A stretch of 59,949 nucleotides of DNA, filler included, from Nanobdellati archaeon (lineage in GTDB: Archaea; Nanobdellota; Nanobdellia; Woesearchaeales; JAADFO01), in the NCBI GenBank assembly GCA_013152815.1. It is 5 parts of 5 records of this genome, joined end to end, with 100 filler letters (N's around TTAATTAATTAA, not from the genome) between each part and the next. Parts side by side here need not be neighbours in the genome. Positions count along the whole stretch, not along the records: positions 32,908 to 48,705 come from JAADFO010000064.1; positions 48,806 to 54,811 come from JAADFO010000067.1; positions 54,912 to 59,949 come from JAADFO010000074.1; 2 more parts are not named here. One strand, 5' to 3'. Position 1 is the first letter of the stretch; every line of letters begins with the position of its first letter. Of this stretch, positions 46,498 to 56,948 are shown in pieces. The notes beneath the pieces were generated by a model that did no database searches, was not told the origin of the DNA, and was given only the letters and a program-made list of their open reading frames with translations. The position numbers and the translations under genes were made by a program.

Positions 46498-47706
46498 ATG
46501 ATACCGGCCTTCATTCTTTCGAGCCACACTATAGGCCTCGGGGTCATACGCGCCCTCGGCTCAAAGAATGTGCCCGTGAAGGTGTTCTATTACGACAAGA
46601 GGGACATGGGATACGTCTCCAGGTATGCGGAGGAGAGGATCTTTACTCCCCACCCGGAAACGGACGAGGAGGGGTTCATAGGTCTGCTCATAGACCATTC
46701 CAGGCGCTTCGGCAGGGGACTTCTCGTCCCTGCGGACGATTCCACCCTCCTCGTCGTGTCCAGGCACAAGGAACTCCTCCAGAGGCACTTCATCGTTGCT
46801 AGCACGGGATGGGACGTCACTGAGAAATTCATAAACAAGAAGTATACCTACGCCCTGGCCGAGCGCATCGGTGTGCCCTCTCCAAAGACTATAGTCCCAA
46901 GTTGCCTCATGGACGTGAAGGAATATGGAAGGGACATAGAATATCCCTGCGTGGTGAAACCCTGCATCAGCCATCGTTTCTACAGTCTCTTCGGGGAGAA
47001 GCTGGTCCGCGTCGAGAATTTCGGAGAGATGCTCTCCGCCTACAAACTGGCTGAAGAGGCAGGTCTGGAGGTGATGCTCCAGGAATACATCCCCGGCGAT
47101 GACCCGCACAGCGTGAACTACAACTCTTATTTTTGGAACGGCGAACCCCTCGTAGAGTTCACGGCCAACAAGCTCAGGCAATCCCCTGCCGGGTTCGGGG
47201 TGCCCAGTGTCGTTGTAAACAGGGACATACCGGAGATAGTCGGTACGGGGAGGAAGGTACTCAAGGCCATGGGCTTCTACGGGTATTCCTGCACAGAGTT
47301 CAAGAAGGACGCAAGAGACGGCGTTTACAAGCTCATGGAGGTCAACGGCAGATACAACCGCTCGATCCTTCTCTCCCTGAAATGCGGCATAAACTTCCCC
47401 TGGATCCAGTACAGGCATCTCGTCCGGAACGAGCTTCCGGCAGGCCCCCTCGGGACCGGCGGCAAGGATGCGACGGAGGAGGTATGCTGGATAGACGAGT
47501 TCAGAGATGTTTTTCAGGGCCTTGGATCTTCCGGTATCGGCCGTCGTTCTCCCGCCCAATTCGTCAAGCCCTATTTGAAGCCCCATGTCTTCGCGACCTT
47601 CAGCAGAAAGGACATCAAACCCTTCGTCAAGAGGTGCGCGGACATGGTGCGGATGGGCATTCACCGACTGGCCCATGGGGCGAGGGGAGGGGGACGACAG
47701 AGGTGA
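46498..47706 (+). CDS. ATP-grasp carboxylate-amine ligase (D-aspartate ligase-like)
   Basis: LGVIRALG, YPCVVKP, LQEYIPG, EFKKDARDGVYKLMEVNGR. Confidence 0.85.
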   Translation: MIPAFILSSHTIGLGVIRALGSKNVPVKVFYYDKRDMGYVSRYAEERIFTPHPETDEEGFIGLLIDHSRRFGRGLLVPADDSTLLVVSRHKELLQRHFIVASTGWDVTEKFINKKYTYALAERIGVPSPKTIVPSCLMDVKEYGRDIEYPCVVKPCISHRFYSLFGEKLVRVENFGEMLSAYKLAEEAGLEVMLQEYIPGDDPHSVNYNSYFWNGEPLVEFTANKLRQSPAGFGVPSVVVNRDIPEIVGTGRKVLKAMGFYGYSCTEFKKDARDGVYKLMEVNGRYNRSILLSLKCGINFPWIQYRHLVRNELPAGPLGTGGKDATEEVCWIDEFRDVFQGLGSSGIGRRSPAQFVKPYLKPHVFATFSRKDIKPFVKRCADMVRMGIHRLAHGARGGGRQR

Positions 47707-47854
47707 GAATTGATGACAGCCTGTCCTGAGGGCTTCGTGCCTGCAGGGTGTAAGATCGGAACATTAGCTTGCCCTGGGGAGGCATGGCGATGGTATCCGA
47801 AGAAGCCGTGCAAGCAAAACACATCTCGTATCGGTTGCTTCTAACAATAAGGAG

Positions 47855-48705
47855 ATGGGAATAGTGGCTTCTTACAAGAAAAAGATATGGATCGACTTGG
47901 ACAATTCGCCTCACGTACCCTTTTTTGAGCCGATCATTAAAGAACTGGACAGCCGTGGGTATGATGTAATACTTACTGCAAGAGACTGCTTCCAAACATG
48001 CGGATTAGCCGACTTGTTTCACCTCAAATATAAACGTATCGGGAAGCATTACGGAAAAAACAAGGTCGCCAAATTGTCCGGTCTTTTTTGGCGGGCTTTT
48101 CAATTGATGCCTGTTGTACGGAGGGAAAAACCGGATCTGGCATTGTCACACGGTTCGCGCTCCCAGCAGATATTAGCTGCAATACTGGGTATACCTTCGG
48201 TGGTGATTTTCGATTATGAACATGCCACGTTGTTTCCGATAGCCCATCCGAAATGGGTGATAGTACCCGAGGTTATTCCTGACAGCGCCATCAAACTAAA
48301 AAAACGATCAATTCTGAAATACCCCGGTATCAAAGAGGACGTCTACGTTCCAAGATTCACTCCTGACTTCTCCGTTAGAAACTTCTTGGGCCTCGCTGAA
48401 AAGGACATTGTCGTAACCATACGTCCCCCAGCGACGGAAGCACACTACCATAATCCTCAGAGCGAAGAACTTTTTGAAGCAACCATCAACTTCCTGGGGA
48501 CTAATGAAAATACCCGCTTGATCTTGTTGCCCCGCAACAAGAAACAGGAGGTCAAGATAAAGACACTCTGGCCAGAGTTTTGCGACACAAGGAAAATCAT
48601 CATACCTGAGCGTGTAATCAATGGCCTGAATCTCATGTGGCACTCTGATCTTGTTATCAGCGGTGGCGGGACCATGAACCGTGAGGCTGCCGCTCTGGGT
48701 GTCCC
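47855..48705 (+). CDS. DUF354 family protein (partial)
   Basis: KIWIDLDNSPHVPFF, ALSHGS, SGGGTMNREAAALGVP. Confidence 0.88.
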
Positions 48706-48805
48706 NNNNNNNNNNNNNNNNNNNNNNNNNNNNNNNNNNNNNNNNNNNNTTAATTAATTAANNNNNNNNNNNNNNNNNNNNNNNNNNNNNNNNNNNNNNN
48801 NNNNN
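48706..48805. other. Artificial contig linker
   Basis: N44-TTAATTAATTAA-N44. Confidence 0.97.
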
Positions 48806-50473
48806 TTGTCATGCGTTATGTCTTCAAGATGCAGACCATCGATTTCCGGGCCATGCGCTACATCTTCGGCTATTTCTTCTTCTTTTTCTTCTACACCTTC
48901 CTTGTCGGATTCCTCAAGCAGCCAGGAAGCGTCGATATCTTCGGGCTTACCCTCAATTTTACCACCTGGTCTGACTTTGTGCTCAACCATGCCTTTGTCC
49001 TGGATTTCCTCCTGAACCCTCTTTACGTTCCCATGCCCTTCCTCTTTGCCCTGATCCAGTCCCGTCTTAAGACAGGACTGAGCAAACTCTTCTTCTGGTT
49101 GTTCATCGGCTATGTTGTCATCTACTCTGTTGCAGGTAGCACAACGGGAACCCTGCAACTCATCCGAAGTCCGCTCACCGAACGCGACCTGCAGCATGAG
49201 CAGGACATCAAGGACAGGGTGATCTCCAACGTGAAAGAAAACGCCCTTTTGCGCTATGGCAAATGCCTGCTGACCGCATCAGACGGTCTGCTTTCGTTCG
49301 ACACCAAAGCAGGGGGCAACAGCAAGAAATCCTTCACTCTCTGCATGGCAGGCCTACCGACAGAACCGGGGAAGAAGCCAGGAGACACGACCACCGACCC
49401 GAACAACATCAAATATACCTGGGCCAAAGACAAGAGCGGCATGTACACCTGGATACCCTCTGACAAGCTCGGGAGAACGTCCTCTCTGATTTTGAGGGCA
49501 ACCTCCTGCGGAACTCTGCGGACAAGACCACATTCAAGATGGACGACCCGAAGATGAGCTTTATCGAGGATAAGATCCTCATCTCCTCCAAGTTCGAGAT
49601 CCTGTCCCCTCTCGACAAGGTGGGCCTGTCCCTCAACTGCAGCCTGACCAATGCCAAGGGCATCTCTTATGGCGACGGCGCAGCAATCATCAGCAAGCTC
49701 AGCGAACGCGGGTCTGCCAACAAAACATCAACCATCACGCCGCAGACCTATGAGTTCAAGAAGCTCCTTGTGGCCGAGTGCTATTACCTTCCGGAACATC
49801 TGGTCGGCGGAGAACAGATCTTCCGCAACACCATCACCCTCCAGGGCATGGACACCAAATCGGTGTTCCCTGAACTTGCCCTCTCTTCAGACAAGTTCTA
49901 CAGCGAACAGCGGAACTACGGAAAGGATCTGCCCTATCTGGACACCAAGGATAAGCGGGTGAAAGCGGCAAGAGAGTTCTACCACTACATGTATCCCGGA
50001 GAATCCACCCTTTTCGAGCAGAAGATAGGGACCTCTGGCAAGGACTGGAATCCTGATTCGCTCCAGAAATTCCTTCCTGTCATCATCATCCTCGACGAGC
50101 CGCTGCCCATCCTTCCCATCTCAGAGGAGCCTGGTCGCGTCCAGCAGCTGAGATATGTCATCCGCTTCGAGAAGCCGGACCTCTCTGAGCGTGAACAGCG
50201 GAAGACCGAGGTCCACGCAAGAATCAATGACCTGCGTATCGGACTCCACAAGGGGCTCCGTCCGGTGGATGATGCCGACGACCGAGGCCAGCCCCGCTGC
50301 CGTTTCAGTCCGTCCGCAGTGGATGAGGACGACTCCTATTACTATTTCCCTGCACGGGAAAAGACATCCATCCGTTTCAAGCAGCTCCTTGTCGGCGAGA
50401 CCTGCTGGGTACAGATAGATGATCCTTCCCTCCTGATAACTTCTGCAGAGGCAGAGGTCCCCACCACCATGCT
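48806..50473 (+). CDS. Large membrane-anchored hypothetical protein, 5'-truncated, apparent single-base frameshift near 49470, runs into a gap
   Basis: The first frame (TM region to YTWIPSDKL) continues plausibly in the frame of ORF 49539 (RENVLSDFEGNLLRNSADKTTFKMDDPK), which opens at 49464. Confidence 0.6.
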
Positions 50474-50586
50474 NNNNNNNNNNNNNNNNNNNNNNNNNNN
50501 NNNNNNNNNNNNNNNNNNNNNNNNNNNNNNNNNNNNNNNNNNNNNNNNNNNNNNNNNNNNNNNNNNNNNNNNNNNNNNNNNNNNNN

Positions 50587-51174
50587 GCGGATTATGGCGT
50601 CTGCGATCCCAAGGTATACCATGACCAATGCGATATCGACACCAAGCTACAGGGCATCGATCTCGATACACCGGTGGGAACCCCGGTCTACGCTCCCTTC
50701 GACGGGACCGTGGAACAGGTCGGCTGCCACATCATGACCAATCCCAATCTTCCTCGTGGATGGGGCTTCGGCGAACGCATCAGCATCAAGAGTTCAGATG
50801 GAACGCTCTATGCGACCTTCGGTCATCTCAAGACGACTGAACTCAAGCTCAACAGGACAACCAGGATAAAGGCAGGCACGCTTTTGGGGTATGCCGGCTC
50901 GACCATGGGCTGTTTCCTGGGCTGCACCAACCGGGACAAGCTCTGTGTCGGCCGCTGCAAAGATAGATGCATCAAGGCCTTCCCTTCCAGCGATGACGCT
51001 TCCATCAACAAGGAGAACAAGCTGCTCCGGGAGCAGTGCACAGCAGATGCGTGCGGCATCCCCGGCGCTGTCGAACCCCATCTTCACTTCGAGCTAAAAG
51101 AAAGGGACGGTCGATCCTGGGCCCCTGTCAATCCCAAGGAAGCCCTGCAGAAATCACAGGACCTCGCCCCCTAG
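50587..51174 (+). CDS. M23 (LytM-like) peptidase domain, 5' end in a scaffold gap
   Basis: In frame from 50587: KLQGIDLDTPVGTPVYAPFDG..GFG..TFGHL..AGTLLGYAGST..PHLHFE..VNP. Confidence 0.85.
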   Translation, partial: ADYGVCDPKVYHDQCDIDTKLQGIDLDTPVGTPVYAPFDGTVEQVGCHIMTNPNLPRGWGFGERISIKSSDGTLYATFGHLKTTELKLNRTTRIKAGTLLGYAGSTMGCFLGCTNRDKLCVGRCKDRCIKAFPSSDDASINKENKLLREQCTADACGIPGAVEPHLHFELKERDGRSWAPVNPKEALQKSQDLAP

Positions 51175-51239
51175 TCATCTCGTCATCATCTCATCAGCTA
51201 ACAGACCAAGCAAAAACCAACCACGCCCGACAAACGACC

Positions 51240-52217
51240 ATGAACCTCCGCATCCCTCCCCTGTCCAAAACCTGCAGAGCCGCCAAACCCGGAACAATGG
51301 CTGTCCTGCTCTTCGTCCTGGTCCTGCTTCTCCTTTCGGGCTGCTCCAAGCTCTCTTCGAACAACGCCATCACTCCGACCCGCGAGAACATCTGCACCGA
51401 CAACGGCGGGTTGAGGGTCTCTTTCCTCGATAACATGCCGCCCAAGCAGATCTTCGAAGGCGACCAGTTCTACATAGGTGTCATGCTGAAGAACGACGGC
51501 TGCTTCCCCATCTCTGAAGGTTATGTGACCCTCGGCGGCTATGATGCCGATGTCACGAGCATCAGTTCAGGAGACCGACAGAAGATCCTCTACGATCTCG
51601 AAGGCAAGACTGTCTACACCCCGGAGGGCGGTCGGGCAGAGATGATCTTTGAAGCAAAGAACAAGAAGATCCGCTTCAAGATACCTGAGGCGACCGAGAC
51701 CTTCTCTGTCAACACCTGCTACACCTACCAGACCATCGCCACCGCCCAGGTCTGCATCAACCCCAACAGGCCGGACGTCATGGGCATGCGGAATGATGTG
51801 TGCGAGGCAGGGAAGATCATCCTTGACCAAAAACAGGGTTCGCCGGTCATCGTCGATTCGGTCAAGAGCACCACGGTCCGTTCCGGCGACAGGATAGAGG
51901 TGAACTTCGACATCAAGGTGAAGAACATCGGCAAGGGCCATGTGCGGGACTATGCCGACGGCACCTGTCAGGGCAACGCGAGCGTTTCGCTCTCTGAAGT
52001 GTCGTTCTCAGACCGTTCGACAGAAAACGAGGGCAAAGCGACCATCACCTGCGTCCCTTCCAAGATCGCCCTCTCCACCAATGACGAGAAGAACCTCTTC
52101 AGGTGTAAAGCAACGTTCTCTGATTCCTTCGCAGCGTTCACGAGCCTCCTCGTCATGCGTCTGGACTATGCCTACACCCAGACCACCGACAAGACCATAC
52201 TCATCAAGAAGATCTGA
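51240..52217 (+). CDS. Putative surface lipoprotein
   Basis: LLLLSGC lipobox-like motif, GLRVSFLDNMPP, CYTYQT.A...CI, QGSPV. Paralog of the next gene. Start 51240 or 51297. Confidence 0.8.
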   Translation: MNLRIPPLSKTCRAAKPGTMAVLLFVLVLLLLSGCSKLSSNNAITPTRENICTDNGGLRVSFLDNMPPKQIFEGDQFYIGVMLKNDGCFPISEGYVTLGGYDADVTSISSGDRQKILYDLEGKTVYTPEGGRAEMIFEAKNKKIRFKIPEATETFSVNTCYTYQTIATAQVCINPNRPDVMGMRNDVCEAGKIILDQKQGSPVIVDSVKSTTVRSGDRIEVNFDIKVKNIGKGHVRDYADGTCQGNASVSLSEVSFSDRSTENEGKATITCVPSKIALSTNDEKNLFRCKATFSDSFAAFTSLLVMRLDYAYTQTTDKTILIKKI

Positions 52218-52335
52218 GACAGCGTCATGAGCGTCATGAGTGTGGCGGCCGTATTGTGATGGCATTGCAGCGGTCCAAAGATGGCCCAAAGATAGAAAAG
52301 CATTTATATAAAAGAAGCCGAGGAAGAACAAGACG

Positions 52336-53378
52336 ATGGCATCCTCAAAGAACAGGGCATTCTCGGGCATTCTTGTGGTATCTCTCCTCTCCCTTTTCCT
52401 CTCGGGTTGTTCTGGTTTCGGGCTGGGTGGCGGAAACGACGACACCGTCTCCATCGGAACAGATTTCCATACCGGGACACAGGGGATAACCCTCCGTTTC
52501 CTTCCTCGTGCTCCTCCTAATACCATCTATGCATCCACGTTGGGGCAGGAGAACGACATCAACGTCCTTCTGGAGGTCTGGAACCGAGGAGCCTATTCTG
52601 GTCCGAACGGCGACGGGGTGCCCGTAGCACTCTACCTGGGAGGATTTGACCAGAACATCATCCACCTTCCTACCACCCTGCGGGAGACACCCCTCCTCAA
52701 GGGAAAGTCCATATTCAACGCAGAAGGAGAGCAGGATCTCGTGCAGTTCCCTGACGATACCTATGCAGCAGGACAGAACGGTGCCATCGTCCTACCTGAG
52801 GAATCTGACATCTACAGTCCTGACCTGCAGATAACTGCCTGCTACTATTATGAGACCCAGGCGACGCTCATGACCTGTATCGCCTATGATCCCTACAGCA
52901 TCACCACGAAACAGGTCTGCACGCCCGGTTCCATCCTTCGGGGCCAGGGTTCCCAGGGCGCACCTCTGACGGTGACGGTGGACGCGGAGAACGTCCCGGC
53001 GAGATGATATTCAAGATACGGGTCAGCAACTCCGGAAAAGGTCGCGTGGTCGAAAAGACGACCGTGCCCACCACCATCGCCAGCTATGCAGGTTACAAGT
53101 GTCCTTACGACCTTGAGTACAGCGACATGAACATCGTCGACTATGAGGTCACGTTCCAGGGTCTTGTGGTCCATTCAGGTTCCGGAGGGTCAGGTGGGGC
53201 CAGCTGCGAGCCTGACAATTTCATACGGCTCTATAACGGTGCAGGTGTCATGTACTGCAAGTTCCCCCTCAGCAACACCCAGCAGAGCGCCTATCAGACT
53301 CCGCTCCTGGTGACCCTGCAATATGGTTACATGGACTCTGAGCGGAAGCATATCGAGATCCGAAACCTCCGTAACTGA
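52336..53378 (+). CDS. Putative surface lipoprotein, paralog, split by a single-base frameshift near 52997
   Basis: LFLSGC, GITLRFLPRAPP, CYYYETQA...CI, QGAPL. One extra base in GTCCCGGC gives ENVPGEMIFKIRVSNSGKG, colinear with the paralog's FDIKVKNIGKG. Confidence 0.78.
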
Positions 53379-53510
53379 TCCGAAACCTCCTGGCTGAAAC
53401 CATCCCATGCATCTTTTTCCCTCATCCTCCTTCCGGCCCATCCGATTCGGCAGGATCTGGCAAGGAGCGATATCAGGGCGGTATCAGAGTAACATCAAAG
53501 GCAGGCATAC

Positions 53511-54811
53511 ATGAAAAAAAGAGGGCAGATCACCACGTTCATCATCGTAGCCATCGTGCTCGTGGTAGCTGTCCTGCTCTTTGTCTTCGTCAACCGTCTG
53601 GTCTCCCAACCGTCCGGAGAACCAGGCATCCCGGACTCCACTTCGGTCAAGCGTCTTACCGAGACCTGCATGAAAGACATCATCCGCGACGGCGCACAAC
53701 AATTGATGGTCGGTGGGGGGTATATCGATGCAGAGAAGTTCTTTCCTGACCTGCTCATCCGACAGGACAGTTACCTCAAGATGCCCATGAAGCTCCCTTA
53801 TTGGTTCTATCGCGGGCAGGACCGGATGCCGACCAAGCGGGACATGGAAGCCCAGCTGGAACAGTACCTGAACAAGAACCTTCCCGGCTGCCTCGCAGGA
53901 TTCTCTGCCTTCGACGCCTTCCTTGACGTGAAACAGCATGGCCCATTGCAAAGCCAGGTCATCATCAACCGGGAAGACATCAGCACCACCCTTGACCTCA
54001 CTTTGGATGTCCACGACAAGCTCAAGAGCAAGGACGAGGTCGTCTCTGGATTTGTCACCACCACTCCCACCATGCTGGGCAAGCTCTACGCGCTCGCGTC
54101 CATACTCATGAAGACCGAGAACAAGCAGGCCTACCTGGAATTCGTCACCGACGACATCATCGCATCGTCCAACGCCTTCCCCTATGAAGGCATGCAGTTC
54201 ACATGCAAGCCGCTCCGTTGGACGACCTACCAGCTCAACCAGGAACTACGGTCGCGCCTCGCACCCAACCTGCTCCTGATGCGCTTCGACAATACCTATG
54301 CTCCTCTGACCGGCATCCCCTATTACGACAAGCTCTACCGCTTCCATGTCACTGACCAGGATTTCTCTGACGTCTCGGTCAATGTCGTCTACAACCCTGA
54401 CTGGAAGCTCTCTATGCAGGTCTATCCCAGCCGCGGATCAATAGTCTACCCCATCGAGATGCAGTCGACAGCAGATACCCCTGTCTCTTTCCTGCTCTCT
54501 GCCCTCGGCGGAGTCTGCATCAAGCTTTTCCATCATAAATATACTGTCCAGTACCCGGTACTCTACCGTGTCGCCGACATCACGACCGGAGAGAGCTTCT
54601 ATTTCGCCACGCCGGTGCTCATGAAGAACAACCAGGCCAACCGTCATGCCGATGTGAAAGACCTGAAGTTCCAGACCGACATCGAAGGAAGCAGACGTTT
54701 CTGCTCCAACGTCACCCTGGAGACCGACTACGCCCTCAACCGCATCGACGACAGGATGATCGACAACGGCGAGATCGAGGTCCCCAAGGACCGGCAGTCA
54801 ATCAATGTCTA
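53511..54811 (+). CDS. Class III signal peptide (type IV pilin-like N-terminus) large surface protein, partial
   Basis: MKKRGQ-ITTFIIVAIVLVVAVLLFVF prepilin-type cleavage motif. Confidence 0.82.
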
Positions 54812-54911
54812 NNNNNNNNNNNNNNNNNNNNNNNNNNNNNNNNNNNNNNNNNNNNTTAATTAATTAANNNNNNNNNNNNNNNNNNNNNNNNNNNNNNNNN
54901 NNNNNNNNNNN
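54812..54911. other. Artificial contig linker
   Basis: N44-TTAATTAATTAA-N44. Confidence 0.97.
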
Positions 54912-56012
54912 CTTGCCGATACCGACGAGGATCTCAACGAAGGTGTTACCAAATGCATACAGAACTGCAGCCACGGAAAGAATCTTAAGAGCTGGCGCTG
55001 CAGCGAGATAGTTGGTGCCGAACAGCAAAGTGATGATAAGTGAGGGAAACAGGAACAAGATGAGGCTCAACGGCAGAAGTGTCATGAAGAGGAATAGGAT
55101 GAGCTTCCCGAGCGCTGGAGCGAATCCCTTATGTTTCAGTGCCTTCAGCTCTGAGGTGATGGGCATGAGCACAATCGAGATAGCCTTAGATATGAAAAGC
55201 AGGAGGGTTGCTATGGGAAGAGCAACATTGTAGAGGCCTACCTCTTCCAGGGACCTGAAATATGTGAGGGTAAGAGTATCAATCTTGGTGATGAGCGTGC
55301 TGGCGATGATGCCAAAGAAGATAGGGAGACCGAAGACGAAGAGTCGTTTGAAGAGCTGGGGGTTATAGGTAAAGGACGCCTTCCAAATATGGACATAGCT
55401 GGAGAAAAAATTCCACAGATAAAGTATGGAGGACACGACGAAGGAAAGCAGATATGCCAATGCTACCAGCATAAGGGAAGGACTATAAGAGAAGAAAACA
55501 TAGAGGGTCAGGAGCAAGGTGGTTGTCTTCGCGATGTTAGCAACAGCATAGACCTTAATCCGCTGGTATCCGACGAAGAACGTCTGGAAGACGTAATCTG
55601 GAAGGGAGAACAGAAGGCTCACGAGGAGAGCATAGATCAGCAAAACAGCACGCTCGTCATGGAAATAGTGCTCTGCGAGCCAGGGAGCGAGAGCCACCAG
55701 GATACCGGCAATCACGAGGTAGAAGAAGAGCTGCACAAAAGCATAGTATCCCATTATGTTCTTAATTGACGCATAATCCTTCTTGATGAGAAACTCAGGG
55801 ATGAACTTGCCCACTGCCGCTCCCAATCCAAGATTACGATAGCTGAGCAGGGTATCTATCAGAGCGAACACAGCGAAGAAGAGCCCGAAGTTGACGACGC
55901 TGAGATTACGTGCGAGGATTAAGCGTACGAGGTAGCTAAGGAACCCCGTCAGGAGGAGCGAAACAAAAACTATCCCTGCCCCACGGAGCACTTTTTTTGT
56001 ATAATCCATCAT
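54912..56012 (-). CDS. Wzx/MOP-type polysaccharide flippase (3'-truncated)
   Basis: Multi-TM, LARNLS...FG, IDTLTLTYFRSLEEVGLYNVALP. Confidence 0.88.
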
Positions 56013-56946
56013 CTCTCCCTCAGATACCAAGAGATGAAAGAAGTAATACCTTCTTGCAAGGTTGTTTCAGGAGCATACCCGAACTGTTCCTGAGAAAGAC
56101 CGATATCCGCATAGGTAACATCCACATCTCCCTGTTGCATAGGTTTCTCATCCCGAACCGCTTTCTTACCGACAGCTTCTTCAATGGTCGCTATCAACGC
56201 ATTCACCGTNNNNNNNNNNNNNNNNNNNNNNNNNNNNNNNNNNNNNNNNNNNNNNNNNNNNNNNNNNNNNNNNNNNNNNNNNNNNNNNNNNNNNNNNNNN
56301 NNNNNNNNNNNNNNNNNGCATAGACCGGGATCGGCTTCCCCTCAGAGATGTGCTTGGTGAACTTGAACACTGCCATGTCTGGTCTTCCTCGGGGTCCATA
56401 GACGGTGAAGAACCGGAGACAGGAGACCTTCAGGCCGTAGAGATGATGATAGGTATGGCAGAGCTGCTCGCCCGCAAGCTTGGTGGCCGCATAGGGAGAG
56501 ATGGGGATGAGCGGCGCTTCCTTCTCGGAAAAAGGGACCTTTTTCGAGTTTCCATACACCGAAGAGGAAGAGGCGAAGATGAAACGGCCGATACCGTGTT
56601 TTCTTGCCGTCTCAAGCAGGATCAGCGTGCCTTTCACATTGGTCTCATAGTAGCCGAGCGGATCCTCCAGGCTCGACCGCACACCGACTTTTGCAGCGAG
56701 ATGGATGATGGCATCGAACTGCCTTCCAGAGAATACCTTGTCAACAGCATCAAAGTCGGTTATGTCGACGTTCAGGAACGTGAAACCCTTCTTCTTCATG
56801 AGAAGGTCAAGGTTGGCCTGTTTCTGCGCAGGATCATAATAGGGATCCAGATTATCGATGACCGTCACCCGGTCGCCCCTTGCCAGAAGAGCTTCGGCTA
56901 CATGGCTTCCGATGAACCCCGCACCCCCTGTCACCAAGATATGCAT
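56009..56946 (-). CDS. NAD-dependent nucleotide-sugar epimerase/dehydratase (internal gap 56210-56317)
   Basis: VTGGAGFIG, HLAAKVGVR.S, SPYAATK, RFFTVYGPRGRPDMA, and after the gap PMQQGDVDVTYAD. Confidence 0.92.
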
Positions 56947-56948
56947 GT

